DNA of 63,326 nt, filler included, from Octopus bimaculoides (taxonomy: Eukaryota), in assembly GCF_001194135.2 (NCBI RefSeq). It is 8 parts of 8 records of this genome, joined end to end, with 100 filler letters (N's around TTAATTAATTAA, not from the genome) between each part and the next. Parts side by side here need not be neighbours in the genome. Positions count along the whole stretch, not along the records: positions 15,489 to 42,770 come from NC_068999.1; positions 42,871 to 45,668 come from NW_026345547.1; positions 45,769 to 57,610 come from NC_068987.1; 5 more parts are not named here. One strand, given 5' to 3'. How positions within the stretch are numbered: position 1 is the first letter of the stretch; every line of letters begins with the position of its first letter. Made by a program: the position numbers and the translations under genes. The notes beneath the pieces were generated by a model. It was not told the DNA's origin, ran no database searches, and was given only the letters and a program-made list of their open reading frames with translations. Of the stretch, positions 36,920 through 51,631 are shown in pieces.

Positions 36920-38219
36920 TTTAATTATTCGACTAAACACTTGCATGGCCGCACTGTAATGGTTAAAGCAAGTAGACTAGGTAAGATGTAAGAGATAAAC
37001 GATAAGCAGTCTGCAGGGATTCACGTACACATATGAACATACATGCTTATGTGTGTGAGTAGGGATATATAATGTCTGTTTGCTTCAAAGAGTAACGCGA
37101 TGACCGATATTCCATTAGTCATTAGACAAAGGGTGTAAACATTGTTGATAGCATACTATTCCGTAAATCAAAACTGCTTTTACTTAAGTTAGGAACATTA
37201 TCACCCTATAAAAGCTTACCTAACTCTCTTCCTCATTCATGTCGACTAATGACGAATATTGCTAAAGGGCATATCTCGTTTTCATGCGGAGGGTATCAGA
37301 TTTATATCAGAATATATTCCCAGTAGAAGAAAAGAATGCGTTTCTCAAGCTTTATAAAATGAGTCATGACTGACTTAAGTTCTTTGCCTCAGGAAAATAT
37401 CCAAAATCCTTTTAACAGATTTTGAATCATGACTTCAAAGTTTAAATCACTGGAAATATGACACGGTTTTTTTTTTCTCCTGTTAGAATATCATCTGAAA
37501 AGAAATTCTCAAACTATACGTAGTTGTAGAACTATACATGTAGAAATTCCGCTTCATCTATGATGTTAAGGAAATACATGCTAAAAAGTAATACTTGAGT
37601 TACCAGAAAAGAGAAAGAGAAAGAGAGAATCACTAATTCTTGTTTTCGTGGATTTCAGCTTACAAGTAATTGGTGCATGCAGTGGTTAAGTTGTTCACTT
37701 CTCAACTACATGATTTCCGCTTCAGTCACACTGCATGAAAACTGTAAGAAAGTATTAAGTACCGTAATCTCCAGTCAACAAAAGCCTTGTAAGTGAAAAC
37801 AGGCGTGATACTCGGCCGAAGAGCTGTTTACCGTTCTTGTGTTGTAGAATCAATCTGTTATACTCTTTCAAAGTACTAATTGGGTAACCTTGATAGTATT
37901 TATGGATGCCTACTCTATTGCATGATGTGATCCAGATGATCAGACCCTCCTTTCACTACACTTAGATACCCTAGTAGAGGTCACGGACGCTGCATTTCCG
38001 CCTCTGACTAAATCATACCACAGTAATATAAGCGTGTAAACGACATCAATATAGTAGCTAAAAGGAGTTGCCAAATTACCCTCAAAACAAACTCTAAACT
38101 CTTAAACAATTTAAGGACCCATTTGAAAATATATTTTTGGATATGCCACTTCACAAAAGGGAAAAAATATAAGTAATCATCTACAATATCTGGGATTAAA
38201 CAAAATACTCCTTTATATT

Positions 38220-38425
38220 ATAGGCACAAGGCCTGTAATTTTGAGTAGGCGGGGCTAGTCGATTACATCAGACCCATAGCTTGACTGGTTCTTATTACAC
38301 CGGCCCCAAAAGGATGAAAGGCAATGCCAACTTCAGCGGAATTAGATACACAAAAGGTAAGAGTGGACGAAATGCACCGCTTTATTTCGACCGGTGTGCT
38401 ATCGATTCAGCCATCTCGCTGCCTT
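38220..38425 (-). mobile_element. SINE type B
   Basis: Same motifs, diverged. Confidence 0.75.
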
Positions 38426-40148
38426 AGGGATTAAACAAAATTATGATGACACTACTGATGATGTCAAGAACAACATTAACTTGTATGCAAAATTTATCTT
38501 CCCAACCGGTGATACGTCTAAAATATCTAAAACAAATACTGCAATCTACAAATGTAATCATTGAGTCGGAAGAGGTTTGGAGAATATGTCAGACATAATT
38601 TGATGAGTGGAATTATCCGTTTAAGATACGTGAACTTATCCGTTTAAGTTAGGACTTACTAGGTCCATAGATAGGATCGGAGATTGATGTCTTTCGCAAG
38701 TAACAATTTAGAAGCATTAACCATTTAGCTCAGTTCACGTCTGAGTCCACAAATCCCGGTACCAACAAATTTTTTACTTGAAAAAAATAAGCTGTAAAAT
38801 CATTGTCCCAGCTGAAGAAGGGAAATTAAAAGATAGAAATGTAGAAGTTAGAGGGAACGGCAGTCGAATAGACAGATCTCAGATATAGTACAGATAGATA
38901 TTTTTATCGAAAGGAAAATGCCATCGTATTACGAGTGAAACTATAAAATGAAGTTTACTAAATGCACCAAGATGTTTTCACCGTTCCTTTTCGTTTGCTC
39001 ACATTGAAAATCAGAATATTAAGGAATGAAATACACGAAATAAGAAAACTAACATGTTGTCTCATCGAGGGAAGGGAGAAAGAGACGATTTACCTATGTT
39101 TGATTTTATGTAAAGAGTGGTTATTAAATACCACAAGGTATTTTGCCTGCCAACATTCCTTCTGGCAATCCATCGCCTAGTTAGTTATCATAATGAACGG
39201 AATAAGACTAAAGACAAAATACAATAAATAAATGCAGCGAAAGAGATGGCAGTGATGTCTATAATGGTTTGTAAACAACACTTAAAGTAAACGTGATTTC
39301 CAAGGAAATAATAGAGTAGAATGTGACAATTCCTGTCGCTCACTCATTTGGCATCGTAAAAATCATAACATGCTTAGGTTGTATTTAATGGAATAAATTT
39401 CGAAGGTTTTCTGTATGCAGCGACTAAATTCGTAAGGCATTCATTTTGGGTATTTGGAGTGGGATCTGTATTATAAATGGTTCTCAATATGAAAGTGTTT
39501 TTTGATAATATAGCTTGTTGAAAACAGCAGAAGTGAGAGGATAATGGTCTGCAAACTTTGATTAATATACCCACGATATCAGGATTAAAATCATAATTAT
39601 CTTAATGGATAGTGACAGGAAAATAACCACTTTGTTCATGTTGCAGCTTGCTTCCCTAGAAGGATAATTTCCTCGCTTCTCCCATTTAAATATATTACTC
39701 TTCAATCCACTATCACCGTCGCTCTGTCTTCCTTCGCGCCTCTCTCTATCTCTCTCTTACGCTCTCGCACTCTCTTCCCAATAAATACATAGATGCAAAA
39801 ACGGTTATTAGTGTTTCAAATACTTAAGCTGAGCGTAAGCTCTCGAAACGCCTATTAAATAAGTATAAGAGCTATCTGCAACTTTTTGTATTTAATGTCA
39901 TATTATGACATTATTTATACACGATTGCAAATGATTATTTTATTTTTTTATTCTTCTACTGGTTTCAGTCATTGAACTACGGTTTATAATCGGTCATATT
40001 GACCTCAGTACTTCATTCGTTGCTTTTCATCCAATGTGTCACTTACTTATAGTCATAAAGCTTCACAGTGCAACATGTTCATATAAGGATTTAGAGTGGA
40101 TGTAATAAACACAAAGATCTATCTATCCATCTATCTATCCCCCTATCC

Positions 40149-40179
<31 letters not shown>

Positions 40180-41377
40180 CCCCTATCTATCTATCTATCT
40201 ATCTATCTATCTGTCTATCTGTCATGTTAGTCTATATATCTGCCTGTCTCTCTTTCTCTCTCTCTCTCTCTCGATATATAAATATGTGTGTGTGTCTGTG
40301 TGTGAGCATGCGTGTGTGTGTATGTATAAATATAAACTTACATGCACATATTTTCATTAATATAAGAAGGTGTATGTTGCCAAATCAATATCCTAGATGA
40401 CTATTTTACATTTCATCGATACCACTATTGCACAGTTAACCATTGCTACTGATTAATTATATTGTGTTTGACTGAGATAAAATTTTACGCCAAAAATGCT
40501 ACCAATCTAATATAGTCCTCATCTGAGTCAGAATTCAAATAACGTGAATGTCATTTAAAATACATACTAAAACATGACCGAGTCGGATTAATCGACTATA
40601 ATCTCCTCCCATTAATTGATCTCCATGTGCCAATAGGAGTAATTAATGATTTAATAATCATTATTTCGATCACGACTCTATATATATCATAACACGTCGA
40701 TAGATATCCATCTTTGTCTATAAGACTTTGTCTTTCTCCCTGTCTTTCTCACTGTCTATCAACGTCGTTCTCTTTCTTTTTGAAACAGACATGCACATAC
40801 ACACACACACCTACATACATGCATGCATATATANNNNNNNNNNNNNNNNNNNNNNNNNNNNNNNNNNNNNNNNNNNNNNNNNNNNNNNNNNNNNNNNNNN
40901 NNNNNNNNNNNNNNNNNNNNNNNNNNNNNNNNNNNNNNNNNNNNNNNNNNNNNNNNNNNNNNNNNNNNNNNNNNNNNNNNNNNNNNNNNNNNNNNNNNNN
41001 NNNNNNNNNNNNNNNNNNNNNNNNNNNNNNNNNNNNNNNNNNNNNNNNNNNNNNNNNNNNNNNNNNNNNNNNNNNNNNNNNNNNNNNNNNNNNNNNNNNN
41101 NNNNNNNNNNNNNNNNNNNNNNNNNNNNNNNNNNNNNNNNNNNNNNNNNNNNNNNNNNNNNNNNNNNNNNNNNNNNNNNNNNNNNNNNNNNNNNNNNNNN
41201 NNNNNNNNNNNNNNNNNNNNNNNNNNNNNNNNNNNNNNNNNNNNNNNNNNNNNNNNNNNNNNNNNNNNNNNNNNNNNNNNNNNNNNNNNNNNNNNNNNNN
41301 NNNNNNNNNNNNNNNNNNNNNNNNNNNNNNNNNNNNNNNNNNNNNNNNNNNNNNNNNNNNNNNNNNNNNNNNNNNNN

Positions 41378-41412
<35 letters not shown>

Positions 41413-41548
41413 TAATATGTATAACACATTTATACATTTGCCATTCAAAATAAATTGATATCAGAATAGATATAGGCTATTCCAAAGTGGAACTGGGAAG
41501 AGGAAAATTCTCATGAAAAAAGGAAGGAAAGAAAGAAGGAAATAAGGA

Positions 41549-41596
<48 letters not shown>

Positions 41597-42539
41597 AAAT
41601 GCGCAAAACACATCAAAGCCATAATTTTATAAAGATCTGATTTTTTATATTATTAAATCACTTGCCGAAAAGTTTTTGATTGCCATTATACAAGTATACA
41701 GCCATCCATTAACCACAGATTTGAAAACCTGAATGTGTATCTTGAAATCATTGCTGCGGATAAAGCAAATGAAGATCATAACACTGAAAAGGAAATAAAA
41801 GAAAATACATCAATTTTCCTTCCATCGTTTCTAAATTTTCCTCAATAAAGCTATGGACACATTATTCCCTAAGGTTTGTTTTCTGTATGTCATGTTCTCA
41901 GTCAATGTGTATGTGAATAATAGCTTGCTTCATGCAGATAGAATCTTAGCATTTTCAGCTCTTTCCTTCCGCAACGTAATGAGTTCTTTCAGGCTACTAA
42001 TGGTGTGATCTCCCAGTGCATAGGGAGTAATATCTTCAAATTAACTCAAACATTCTGAATAGATTCAATATAAAATCGGCTTCTATTCAAAGTCATTATT
42101 ATTTTCAGCAAATCAATTCAAGAAATACAACTCAATGAAAGGATTTTTCTACACGAAACATACACGTATGTTAAAGTTACAAAGGAAATGCATCCTTGAC
42201 CCTGGAAAAAGCACTATAGCACACACAGCGGAGTAAGGTCACGAAGGTAAATAAGCCGACTAGATGTTGCATGTCGAATGTTAGTTAATTTTCCAAGAAC
42301 AAAAGTGTCAGCACAAGAAATTAGAAGATATCCTCAATCTTATTCTACTGTTTCCAAAAGACACACAAATGCACGCACATGTATATGTTTCAGAAAAGAG
42401 ATTCTTCAAAGTAATACAGCCATTTTATTGCTCCTTGGTCTTCAAAAGTTACCGTTTTTCATCTTCCAAACACTTCATCATAATGTTCTAGTAATCCAGA
42501 GAGTTTGTACTGTATGCATATACACTTTTACTCGTTTTA

Positions 42540-42750
42540 CTCGTTTTACTCTTCTACTTGTTTCAGTCATTTGACTGTGGCCATGCAGGAGCACCGCCTT
42601 TTAGCCGAGCAAATCGACCCCGAGACTTATTCTTTGTAAGCCTTGTACTTATTCTATCAGTCTCTTTTGCCGAACCGCTAAGTGGCGGAGACATAAACGT
42701 ATCAGCATCGGTTGTCAAGCAATGCTAGGGGGACAAATACAAACACACGC
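42540..42750 (-). mobile_element. SINE type A, 3' half
   Basis: Reverse complement of the tail; runs into a gap. Confidence 0.85.
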
Positions 42751-43014
42751 ACGCACACACACACACACACNNNNNNNNNNNNNNNNNNNNNNNNNNNNNN
42801 NNNNNNNNNNNNNNTTAATTAATTAANNNNNNNNNNNNNNNNNNNNNNNNNNNNNNNNNNNNNNNNNNNNTATATATATATATATATATACAAATATACA
42901 TATATACACATATACATGCATATATATATGTATATGTGTATATATATACAAATATACATATATACACATATACATGCATATACATGCATATATATATATA
43001 CGTGTATATGTGTG

Positions 43015-43056
<42 letters not shown>

Positions 43057-43265
43057 AATGTAAGTGTATATGTATGTAATTTATATAGACTTTTGAATGC
43101 ACGAATGAACGTGAGTGCGTAGAATATAATGAAGTTTTATATCTAAAATAACAACGTAGATGATTTACTGCGTACAAAAATACCCATATAGACACACATA
43201 TATAATCAGCCGTATGATGGCATTTATGCCTGTATGTAAGTATATACATATACAAATATATATAA

Positions 43266-43328
<63 letters not shown>

Positions 43329-43439
43329 GCATTGATATATATTAATAAATGTATGTATATAATCATATCTATACATGTATGGGCACACACACGCAAACAC
43401 AAACACACACAATCTAGACACATTCTTTTTTTGTTTTTT

Positions 43440-43565
43440 TTTCCGCCTCCGTTTCTTTTTCTTTTCTCCATCTGCTTTCTCTCCGCATTTCTTTCTGCAG
43501 AAAAGCGTAGGCTCGAAACGTCAAAAGTCTCTTGCACGTTTCCTGAGCGCCAAACTAATACTCCT

Positions 43566-43597
<32 letters not shown>

Positions 43598-44100
43598 GAT
43601 CATTAACACATACCTCTCTGTATCTCTTCTATCACCCTTACCTCATCACTTTATAATTATTAATTATAAATATTAATTCTTTAATTTATTTTTAAACCGT
43701 AACCTAATAAATCCCTTAATATTTAATTCCAACTCTTATTCCTAAATAATTTAACATTCAACTAGTCTCTCCATTCACGACTACCTACACACCTATTGCT
43801 AAAACTATTTCTTCAGCCACTGACCTTAGCCAAAACGGACACAAGCATTTAGCACTACATTTCCTCCCCAACCCCTATAGACTAGAAGAATATCACTGTC
43901 ACCTACTATTCTCTTTGAATTCCTTTAATTTTACTTTACTTTTTTATTTTCTTCTTTTTACATTATCTTACTTTACCCCCAGTCTCCTTATTTACCCTTA
44001 TATATGCATTTATTTATTTATCCTCTTGGTTAGTTCTGTACACTATATTCTTAGACACTATATTTTGTATACACCTTACTTTACCCTTAATGCCAATCCT
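43440..44100 (+). mobile_element. Probable Penelope-like remnant
   Basis: Hammerhead-like motif at 43491-43527 followed by AT-rich decayed coding-like sequence. The family assignment is inference. Confidence 0.4.
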
Positions 44101-44525
44101 TAACTTCCTCCCTCCCTCTCTCTTTTTGTTGTTAGTTCGTGAGTTAGCAACAGTCTGTGCATAAGAGAATATATTCTCAATGTCCCTGGTGCTAAAAACA
44201 CATGGGAAGAAGTTATAGACAAGCGAGACATCTCACATATACTCTCTTACGCCTAAAATGGCGCCGACCGACGAACTAACAACTCACGTACCTTGTGTAT
44301 GTGTGCATACATTCATACATACATACCTACGTACATACAAATATATGAATACTCACATAAGCACATATACGCTAACACACACATACATACACATGCACCC
44401 CCCCACACAAAGAGAATAGTGCTGAAATAGAGCTTAGTGGACCTGTTTTGTGTGAATATCATCCATCGATTAACAGTGATTAACCAATATTGAAAGCGTA
44501 ATTTCAACACTTCAATGTGAATGTG

Positions 44526-44560
<35 letters not shown>

Positions 44561-45180
44561 TGAGAGAGAGAGAGAGAGAGAGAGATTCTCGCATGCATAC
44601 TCCTATGTATGCGTGTACACACACACACATACATATATATATATACACTTATTTAAATTGTAGCCCATTGACATTGGAGTGTTTTATGTTTAATCATCGT
44701 TAATCAGTTGACAAGTGGTATGTGGAAGAAAAAGGAAAAAAAAATGGCCAACTTTAATGGACTCCATTATTCGTGATTATCACGCTGTGCGTTACAGGGG
44801 TTCTTTGTGTCAGCCATATTGCATTGCTGTCATTTCAGTTTCCGGAGAGTTTATGTCGCTGCTTATGGCTTCAAACTACTTTGTTTAGTTTATGTTTTTA
44901 TATTGAAATTATGGCAGTTGTTACTGTTAGTGATATTTCAGTTATGCATTTGTATTTGTTCCCTTATTTTTCGAGATGTTTGGTTTCTGCTGCTACATCT
45001 GCCGTGTGGGCTGCTTGTGTTGTTGCTCTTTCTGCTTCTGATATTACACGGTTTTATTGAATATACGCATGAACTTTTGGTAGTGTGTGCGTGGGTATGT
45101 GAGCCAGTGTTTGCATGTATAGAATGCATATATATATATGTGTGAATATATTTATGCACATATGCATGTGTGTACATTTG

Positions 45181-45226
<46 letters not shown>

Positions 45227-45860
45227 TGTGTGAATATGTGTATTTAGGCGCGAGCACGCGCGCACACAAACTTGTATATTGTGTATATTTTCGTAAGCGT
45301 ATGGTGGATGAGAATAAATCCAGCGCTCCTATGCAAATGGCTACTTATGATTAATCACAGGTCTTCACCGGATCACTACGATTATCTGCGTTCCACTATT
45401 TGGTGCTTACGATTACGTTTCTGCTGACCGCAAATCTTAAAACACACACACACACACACGCGCGCACACACACACGCGCGCACACACACACGCACACAAA
45501 CACACACGCGCACACACACACACACACACGTAAGGTGATTAAAATCAAAATAAGCAACAAGGATATCCAGAGGTAATGCAGTACGATAGTTTCATGCAAC
45601 TCCATTAATTGAAGAATGTATATATATATATACATATACATTGATCATATATATATATATATATACATNNNNNNNNNNNNNNNNNNNNNNNNNNNNNNNN
45701 NNNNNNNNNNNNTTAATTAATTAANNNNNNNNNNNNNNNNNNNNNNNNNNNNNNNNNNNNNNNNNNNNATTCTTTAGGTTTTACAATAGGTTTTACAATT
45801 GCAACAACATTCCGACTTCCGCCTACTTTCCACCACTGTAAGGAAATATTACGATTAAGT

Positions 45861-46095
45861 AAGGCGGTGAGCTGGCACAGAACCGTTAGCACGTCGGTCA
45901 AAATGCTTAGCGGCATTTCGTCCGTTTTCACGTTCTGTGTTGAAGTTCCGCCGAGATCGACTTTGCCTTTCATCCTTTCGGGGTAGAAAAAATGAGTACC
46001 AGTTGAACACTAGGGGTTAATGTAATTGACTTACCCACTCACCCGAAATTGCTGGCCTTCCTGCAAAACTTCAGGCCTTGTGCTTATAGTAGAAA
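45861..46095 (+). mobile_element. SINE type B
   Basis: aaggcggtgagctggc...cgactttgcctttcatcctttcgggg. Confidence 0.85.
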
Positions 46096-46858
46096 GGATT
46101 GAAGACAACGAGCCGGTAGAATCGTCTATGACTATATTTACCAGTGTGTCTTTCCTTCGAAACGATAGGGTGTGATTTGAAGGAGATTTGGTTGCTATTT
46201 CGGAAACGTCGAATGACCTTGTAGCAGCACTCTCATAGACTAGTTTCAAAACATGTAGACGTATTAGTCGCCCATACATAAAGTATCTAAGGTTACATTT
46301 TCCAGAGTATCTCTCCTTCAAGATGGCAAGGTGTGACTTGAAAGAGATTTGGTTGCTATTTCTGGGTGATCGAATAACCTTGTAGAACCACTCTCATTGG
46401 CTGGTAACGAAATATATAGTCGTATTATCTTTAAACATTTTCATGAAACTTAAAAAAATTACTGTGAAATTCACACAGGCCATTGATGACGAGTGTTTGT
46501 CATGTGAAGTTTAAATATAGTTGTTGCCGTCAGCCAAGTTTTAATCGTAAAAGAAGTTGAGGTATTAAAATGGTCATCTTTATTCTCTGCTTATTTACTC
46601 ATGATTTCTTAATATTCTTATCTGTATAAGGACATTTTCACATAACCTTCAGACTGCTGTGTAAATATTATTCATGAATTTCTGGTTACTTGATAAGCAA
46701 CCAGAAATAACCCCCTCGTGAGACCGAAAACTTGTTTTTTTATTATTGTTTAAAAAGACTTCTAACAACTGGCTATAAATATTTCCGCCTTTTTCTCTCT
46801 TCTTTTAAAACAGATACACATTTCTTATAAAGGCATGACGATTCAGATTGATTACTGG

Positions 46859-46924
<66 letters not shown>

Positions 46925-47691
46925 CGAATAGTTGTAACGTTTTGTAAATTTCCCAAGAGCTTTAACTGCGGAAGTGAATTCAAATATGTTTAACCGGAAA
47001 TTGTAACTGGATCATGGAGTCACCTCGTCTGTAACTTAACTATTGCTCTGTGACATTCGTCACATTTATAACTATTTGTTTAGTGAGTCTCGTAATTCAA
47101 TAGGCCATATAAAGTATCTTTAACTGAAACTGTATTTGTGGGATGTCTTTTTTTTGTACNNNNNNNNNNNNNNNNNNNNNNNNNNNNNNNNNNNNNNNNN
47201 NNNNNNNNNNNNNNNNNNNNNNNNNNNNNNNNNNNNNNNNNNNNNNNNNNNNNNNNNNNNNNNNNNNNNNNNNNNNNNNNNNNNNNNNNNNNNNNNNNNN
47301 NNNNNNNNNNNNNNNNNNNNNNNNNNNNNNNNNNNNNNNNNNNNNNNNNNNNNNNNNNNNNNNNNNNNNNNNNNNNNNNNNNNNNNNNNNNNNNNNNNNN
47401 NNNNNNNNNNNNNNNNNNNNNNNNNNNNNNNNNNNNNNNNNNNNNNNNNNNNNNNNNNNNNNNNNNNNNNNNNNNNNNNNNNNNNNNNNNNNNNNNNNNN
47501 NNNNNNNNNNNNNNNNNNNNNNNNNNNNNNNNNNNNNNNNNNNNNNNNNNNNNNNNNNNNNNNNNNNNNNNNNNNNNNNNNNNNNNNNNNNNNNNNNNNN
47601 NNNNNNNNNNNNNNNNNNNNNNNNNNNNNNNNNNNNNNNNNNNNNNNNNNNNNNNNNNNNNNNNNNNNNNNNNNNNNNNNNNNNNNNNNNN

Positions 47692-47745
<54 letters not shown>

Positions 47746-48809
47746 TTTAATTCGTTGCTAGTATCTGCCTCTGCCGAATTGAATTTGGTAGAGTCTGCTC
47801 CAGTGTTTGGAATATGATGCAAGAGTTGACAGAACCTAATTATTTTAGAGAGATATTTCATTAGAGATACTTAATGCATATCTCTGCTTCCCACAGTGTT
47901 AAGTAGCTGAGAAACATCTTCAACCTTGACAAACCAACGGCTGAGAGTCTCATACACGATCGCCTAAGCTGCTAGAAATAACAGTCAAATCTCTCTCTAA
48001 TCACACTTTGCTGTTTTCCAAAAGGAAAGTCTTATTGCTTATTGTTGTCTAGGGATACTCTGTTTAAAATAAAAGGCTATTGATTATATGTCAGCTCGTT
48101 CAGGACAGCAAACATATGTCCAGACAACAAAGAATAATAATACCAGTCTCATGAACCTTTAAGTAGTCGTTCGAGCTGCTAGAAATAGCAGATGAATCTT
48201 CCTGAAATTACAGAAAATTTCAGTAGAATGGACATATTACTGTTGTGACAACATTAAAACAATCTAAGTGAGAAAGAAGAATACAAAAAACCCCTCTTGA
48301 CATTTGTATTCATTTTATGTCCATTCTACTGAAATAAAATTTCAGTAAATTTTCTGTATCCTTGTGCAGCTGAAGATTGCTCTGCGTTTTACAATTAATG
48401 TAATGCTCGCATTACTTAAACAAATGGAGTTGCATGAAACGTGCGTACTGCAATAACCTTGAAAATCCATGTTGCTTTTTCTGATTTATATATATATATA
48501 TNNNNNNNNNNNNNNNNNNNNNNNNNNNNNNNNNNNNNNNNNNNNNNNNNNNNNNNNNNNNNNNNNNNNNNNNNNNNNNNNNNNNNNNNNNNNNNNNNNN
48601 NNNNNNNNNNNNNNNNNNNNNNNNNNNNNNNNNNNNNNNNNNNNNNNNNNNNNNNNNNNNNNNNNNNNNNNNNNNNNNNNNNNNNNNNNNNNNNNNNNNN
48701 NNNNNNNNNNNNNNNNNNNNNNNNNNNNNNNNNNNNNNNNNNNNNNNNNNNNNNNNNNNNNNNNNNNNNNNNNNNNNNNNNNNNNNNNNNNNNNNNNNNN
48801 NNNNNNNNN

Positions 48810-48933
48810 GCTTCTTTCAATTTCCGTCTACAAAATCCACTCACAAGGCTATAGAAGAAGACACTTGCCCAAGGTGTCACGCAGTGGGACTGTACCCGGA
48901 ACAAGCTTCTTACCACACTGCCACTCCTGCGCC
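48810..48933 (-). mobile_element. SINE type A, 5' half
   Basis: Reverse complement of head and core. Confidence 0.8.
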
Positions 48934-48941
48934 TATGTATA

Positions 48942-48994
<53 letters not shown>

Positions 48995-49871
48995 GCGTGT
49001 GCGTACATGCGTGCGTGTACGCTTGTATGTAATCGCAGTAGAAATCTTTCGCAGCATGACATATTTAAAAAAAAAGAAGCTATTTTAAAACTTTGTACCT
49101 TGTAGTGAGTATAGAGCTTAATCTTTTAATGCAAGAAATCGTTTTCCAAAATTTAAATAGTTGACATATTTTGTTTAAATTCACTGAATAGGGAATGGCA
49201 ACTCACATACAGCAGGTGCAAACACAATAAGCACTAAATTATACAGAATTTTAGTTCACTTCATACAAAGTCAAACTACACTACACGGTTACATTGTACC
49301 ATTAAGTCTATCAGCTGTTATAGACTTCAAGTAGCTCTTAGACTAATTAAAATCTTTACCCTTCAGAAGCATTTGCTATTGTGGTGCACGTTCAGAGAAT
49401 TACAATTCAATTAATTGTATTGGAGGCATTTTAAAGAGCAGGACGCCGCTAATGAGAGTGAGTAAAGAGAAGGAAACAAAAAAACAAAACAAAAACAAAA
49501 ATAGAATAATACAAAAACGAAGAAAAGAATTGTGATTCAGGGAAAGAAATATGTCAAGGAGGTCAGACCTGTCACAGAAACAAGATGAAACATGTAAACG
49601 AAGTCAGCTTGGTCTCTTGTAAAGAAATTATTTATTTATTTATTTAGTTTATCTTGTATTTTATTTTAATTTATTTTAGTTCCGTGCAGTCAGGAAAAGG
49701 AGTCATTAAAAAAACAAAAAAAAAAAAAAGCTGGCCTTTCCTCTTAACTTCATCATTATCCGAGTGGCATTTATTTGTTGCGTTGACTACGGCTGAAAAT
49801 AGTCCAGGAATTAACTGTTAACTAAAAACTAAAGTTACAATATACAGATAGTAATAACATTAATAATTCTT

Positions 49872-50082
49872 TCTACTACAGGCATAAGGCTTGAAATTGC
49901 GGTGAGAAAGTATAGTCGATTTCATTGATCTCTATACTCAATTTGTACTTATTTTATCGGGCCCCAAAGGGGTAAAAGGCAAAGCTGACCTCAGCAGAAT
50001 TTGAACTCGGAACGTAAAGTCGGAAGAACTGCCGCTAAGCATTTTGTTCAGCGTGCGAACTATTCTGCCACTTCGCCGCCTT
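49872..50082 (-). mobile_element. SINE type B
   Basis: Reverse complement of the type B consensus seen in the window. Confidence 0.8.
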
Positions 50083-50189
50083 ACTGGTGGTTTTAATTTT
50101 TGGCTCAAGGCCAGCAATGGATGATGCCGGGGTATAGATTGCTGAATAAGCTTTTTATGTTATTCAGTTCGGTGGAATAAGTCAGTTTA

Positions 50190-50740
50190 CCATTCGGATC
50201 AGAACTACTTTTACCATTTCTTTCATTCTGTCTAGTCTTTTATTGTTACTTGGGAATGTCATCTTCGCTGTATGTGACCGAGCATTATCCTGATGGAAGA
50301 ACACCTTTCATCTTGAAACCAAAGATGGTCGTTTTACTTTCAGTGCAAGTCTCGATGAATAGCTGAATGACCAAACCCAATCTCTGGTAGTTTCTCAACA
50401 GTTACAATAGGATTTTGTTCGGCCAGGGTTTGCAGGACGTCCTCGTCAAGCTCTACAGATCTCCCAGAACGAGGCTTGTCTTCTGGGCTGTAGTTTCTGG
50501 CTCAGAATTTCTGGGACCACCGTTGACACTGGCTTACACTTATTGTCTGATCCCCATGTACTACATTAATATTCCTCGCACTTTCCGTTGCGTTGTTGCC
50601 TTTATTGAACTCATAAAGCAAAATATGCCAAATATGCTCCTTTGTCATTTCCATTATAGCTTTGAAAAAATAAGTGTAAAAATCGAACTGCACTCTTCAA
50701 AACTTGCACTAAGAATAAGGACAAAGGTAAAATTACTACC
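50190..50740 (-). mobile_element. Internally deleted mariner transposase remnant
   Basis: MEMTKEHIWHILLYEFNKGNNATESARNINVVHGDQTISVSQCQRWSQKF (mariner HTH N-terminus) and HQDNARSHTAKMT. A separate mariner-type TIR-like end lies at about 50800-50831. Confidence 0.85.
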
Positions 50741-50940
50741 TGCTTTTATAGCAAGTTGATGCAGGTAGTTTATCCAGACCCCTTCCGACTTTTAGTTCAT
50801 GCAATTGACAAAACCGCATTATTTATGGGATGACCCAATATATATAATAGAAGATGTAGAAAGTTTTAATCCTGTGGAATGTAGGTGCGCTTATGTATGT
50901 ATGTATGTATGTATGTTATCAATCAGTTTCATTTCTGTAT

Positions 50941-51050
50941 NNNNNNNNNNATCAGTTTCATTTCTGTATTTCTTGTCCATAGAGAAAGAGCCGGACTCTA
51001 ACATAGATTCAAGGCTCCTTCATTGGAACTTTTATCAACATCATCTAGGT
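50941..51050 (-). mobile_element. 3' UTR fragment of the same R4/Dong-type family
   Basis: Reverse complement resembles 17465-17565 (ttccaatgaa...ctctttctctat...caagaaat). (ATGT)n lies at about 50893-50915. Confidence 0.65.
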
Positions 51051-51404
51051 ATTTGTGCATATGTGTGTGTGTGTGTGCAGAATTTGGTGTTAGTGTATGC
51101 GCATATTTGTATGCTTGTTTTATGGATGCGTTTTTATGTATATATTTTCATGTCTAGGCGTATGCATATGTATTTATGCATATTTATGCATATGTATTTA
51201 TGCGCAGATATCCATGTATGTATGTATGTATGTATAAGTGCATATGTAAGTGTCTTTATTTATACATATACATACATACACACATATATATGTGCGTGCG
51301 TATCGCTGCTGCCATGCTTGTACTACATTTCCGGTTGGCGTCTCCCGATCTCTGTTATCTTCAACATATGCAAGTAAAACTGTATACAGCATTTTATGTA
51401 TTTA

Positions 51405-51490
51405 CGCATGTATGTACGTATGTATGTATGCATGCATATGTATGTATGTGTATGTGTATATGTAGGTACTTTCTGCGTACTACGTTTGTA

Positions 51491-51521
<31 letters not shown>

Positions 51522-51620
51522 ATGGATGGATGGATGGATGGATGGATGGATGGATATATGTGCATGTATGTGGATGCGTATGTATCTAAATATGTATTTA
51601 CTTATGGATGTATGTACATA
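51405..51620. repeat. (TATG)n-(TGGC)n-(TGGA)n compound microsatellite
   Basis: Direct reading. Confidence 0.9.
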
Positions 51621-51631
51621 TGTATGTATAT

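Noticed and set aside
41935-42037. Minus-strand frame DITPYALGDHTISSLKELITLRKERAENAKILSA
   Set aside because: Protein-like, but the acceptor is weak, there is an upstream in-frame stop, and no homology is recognised.
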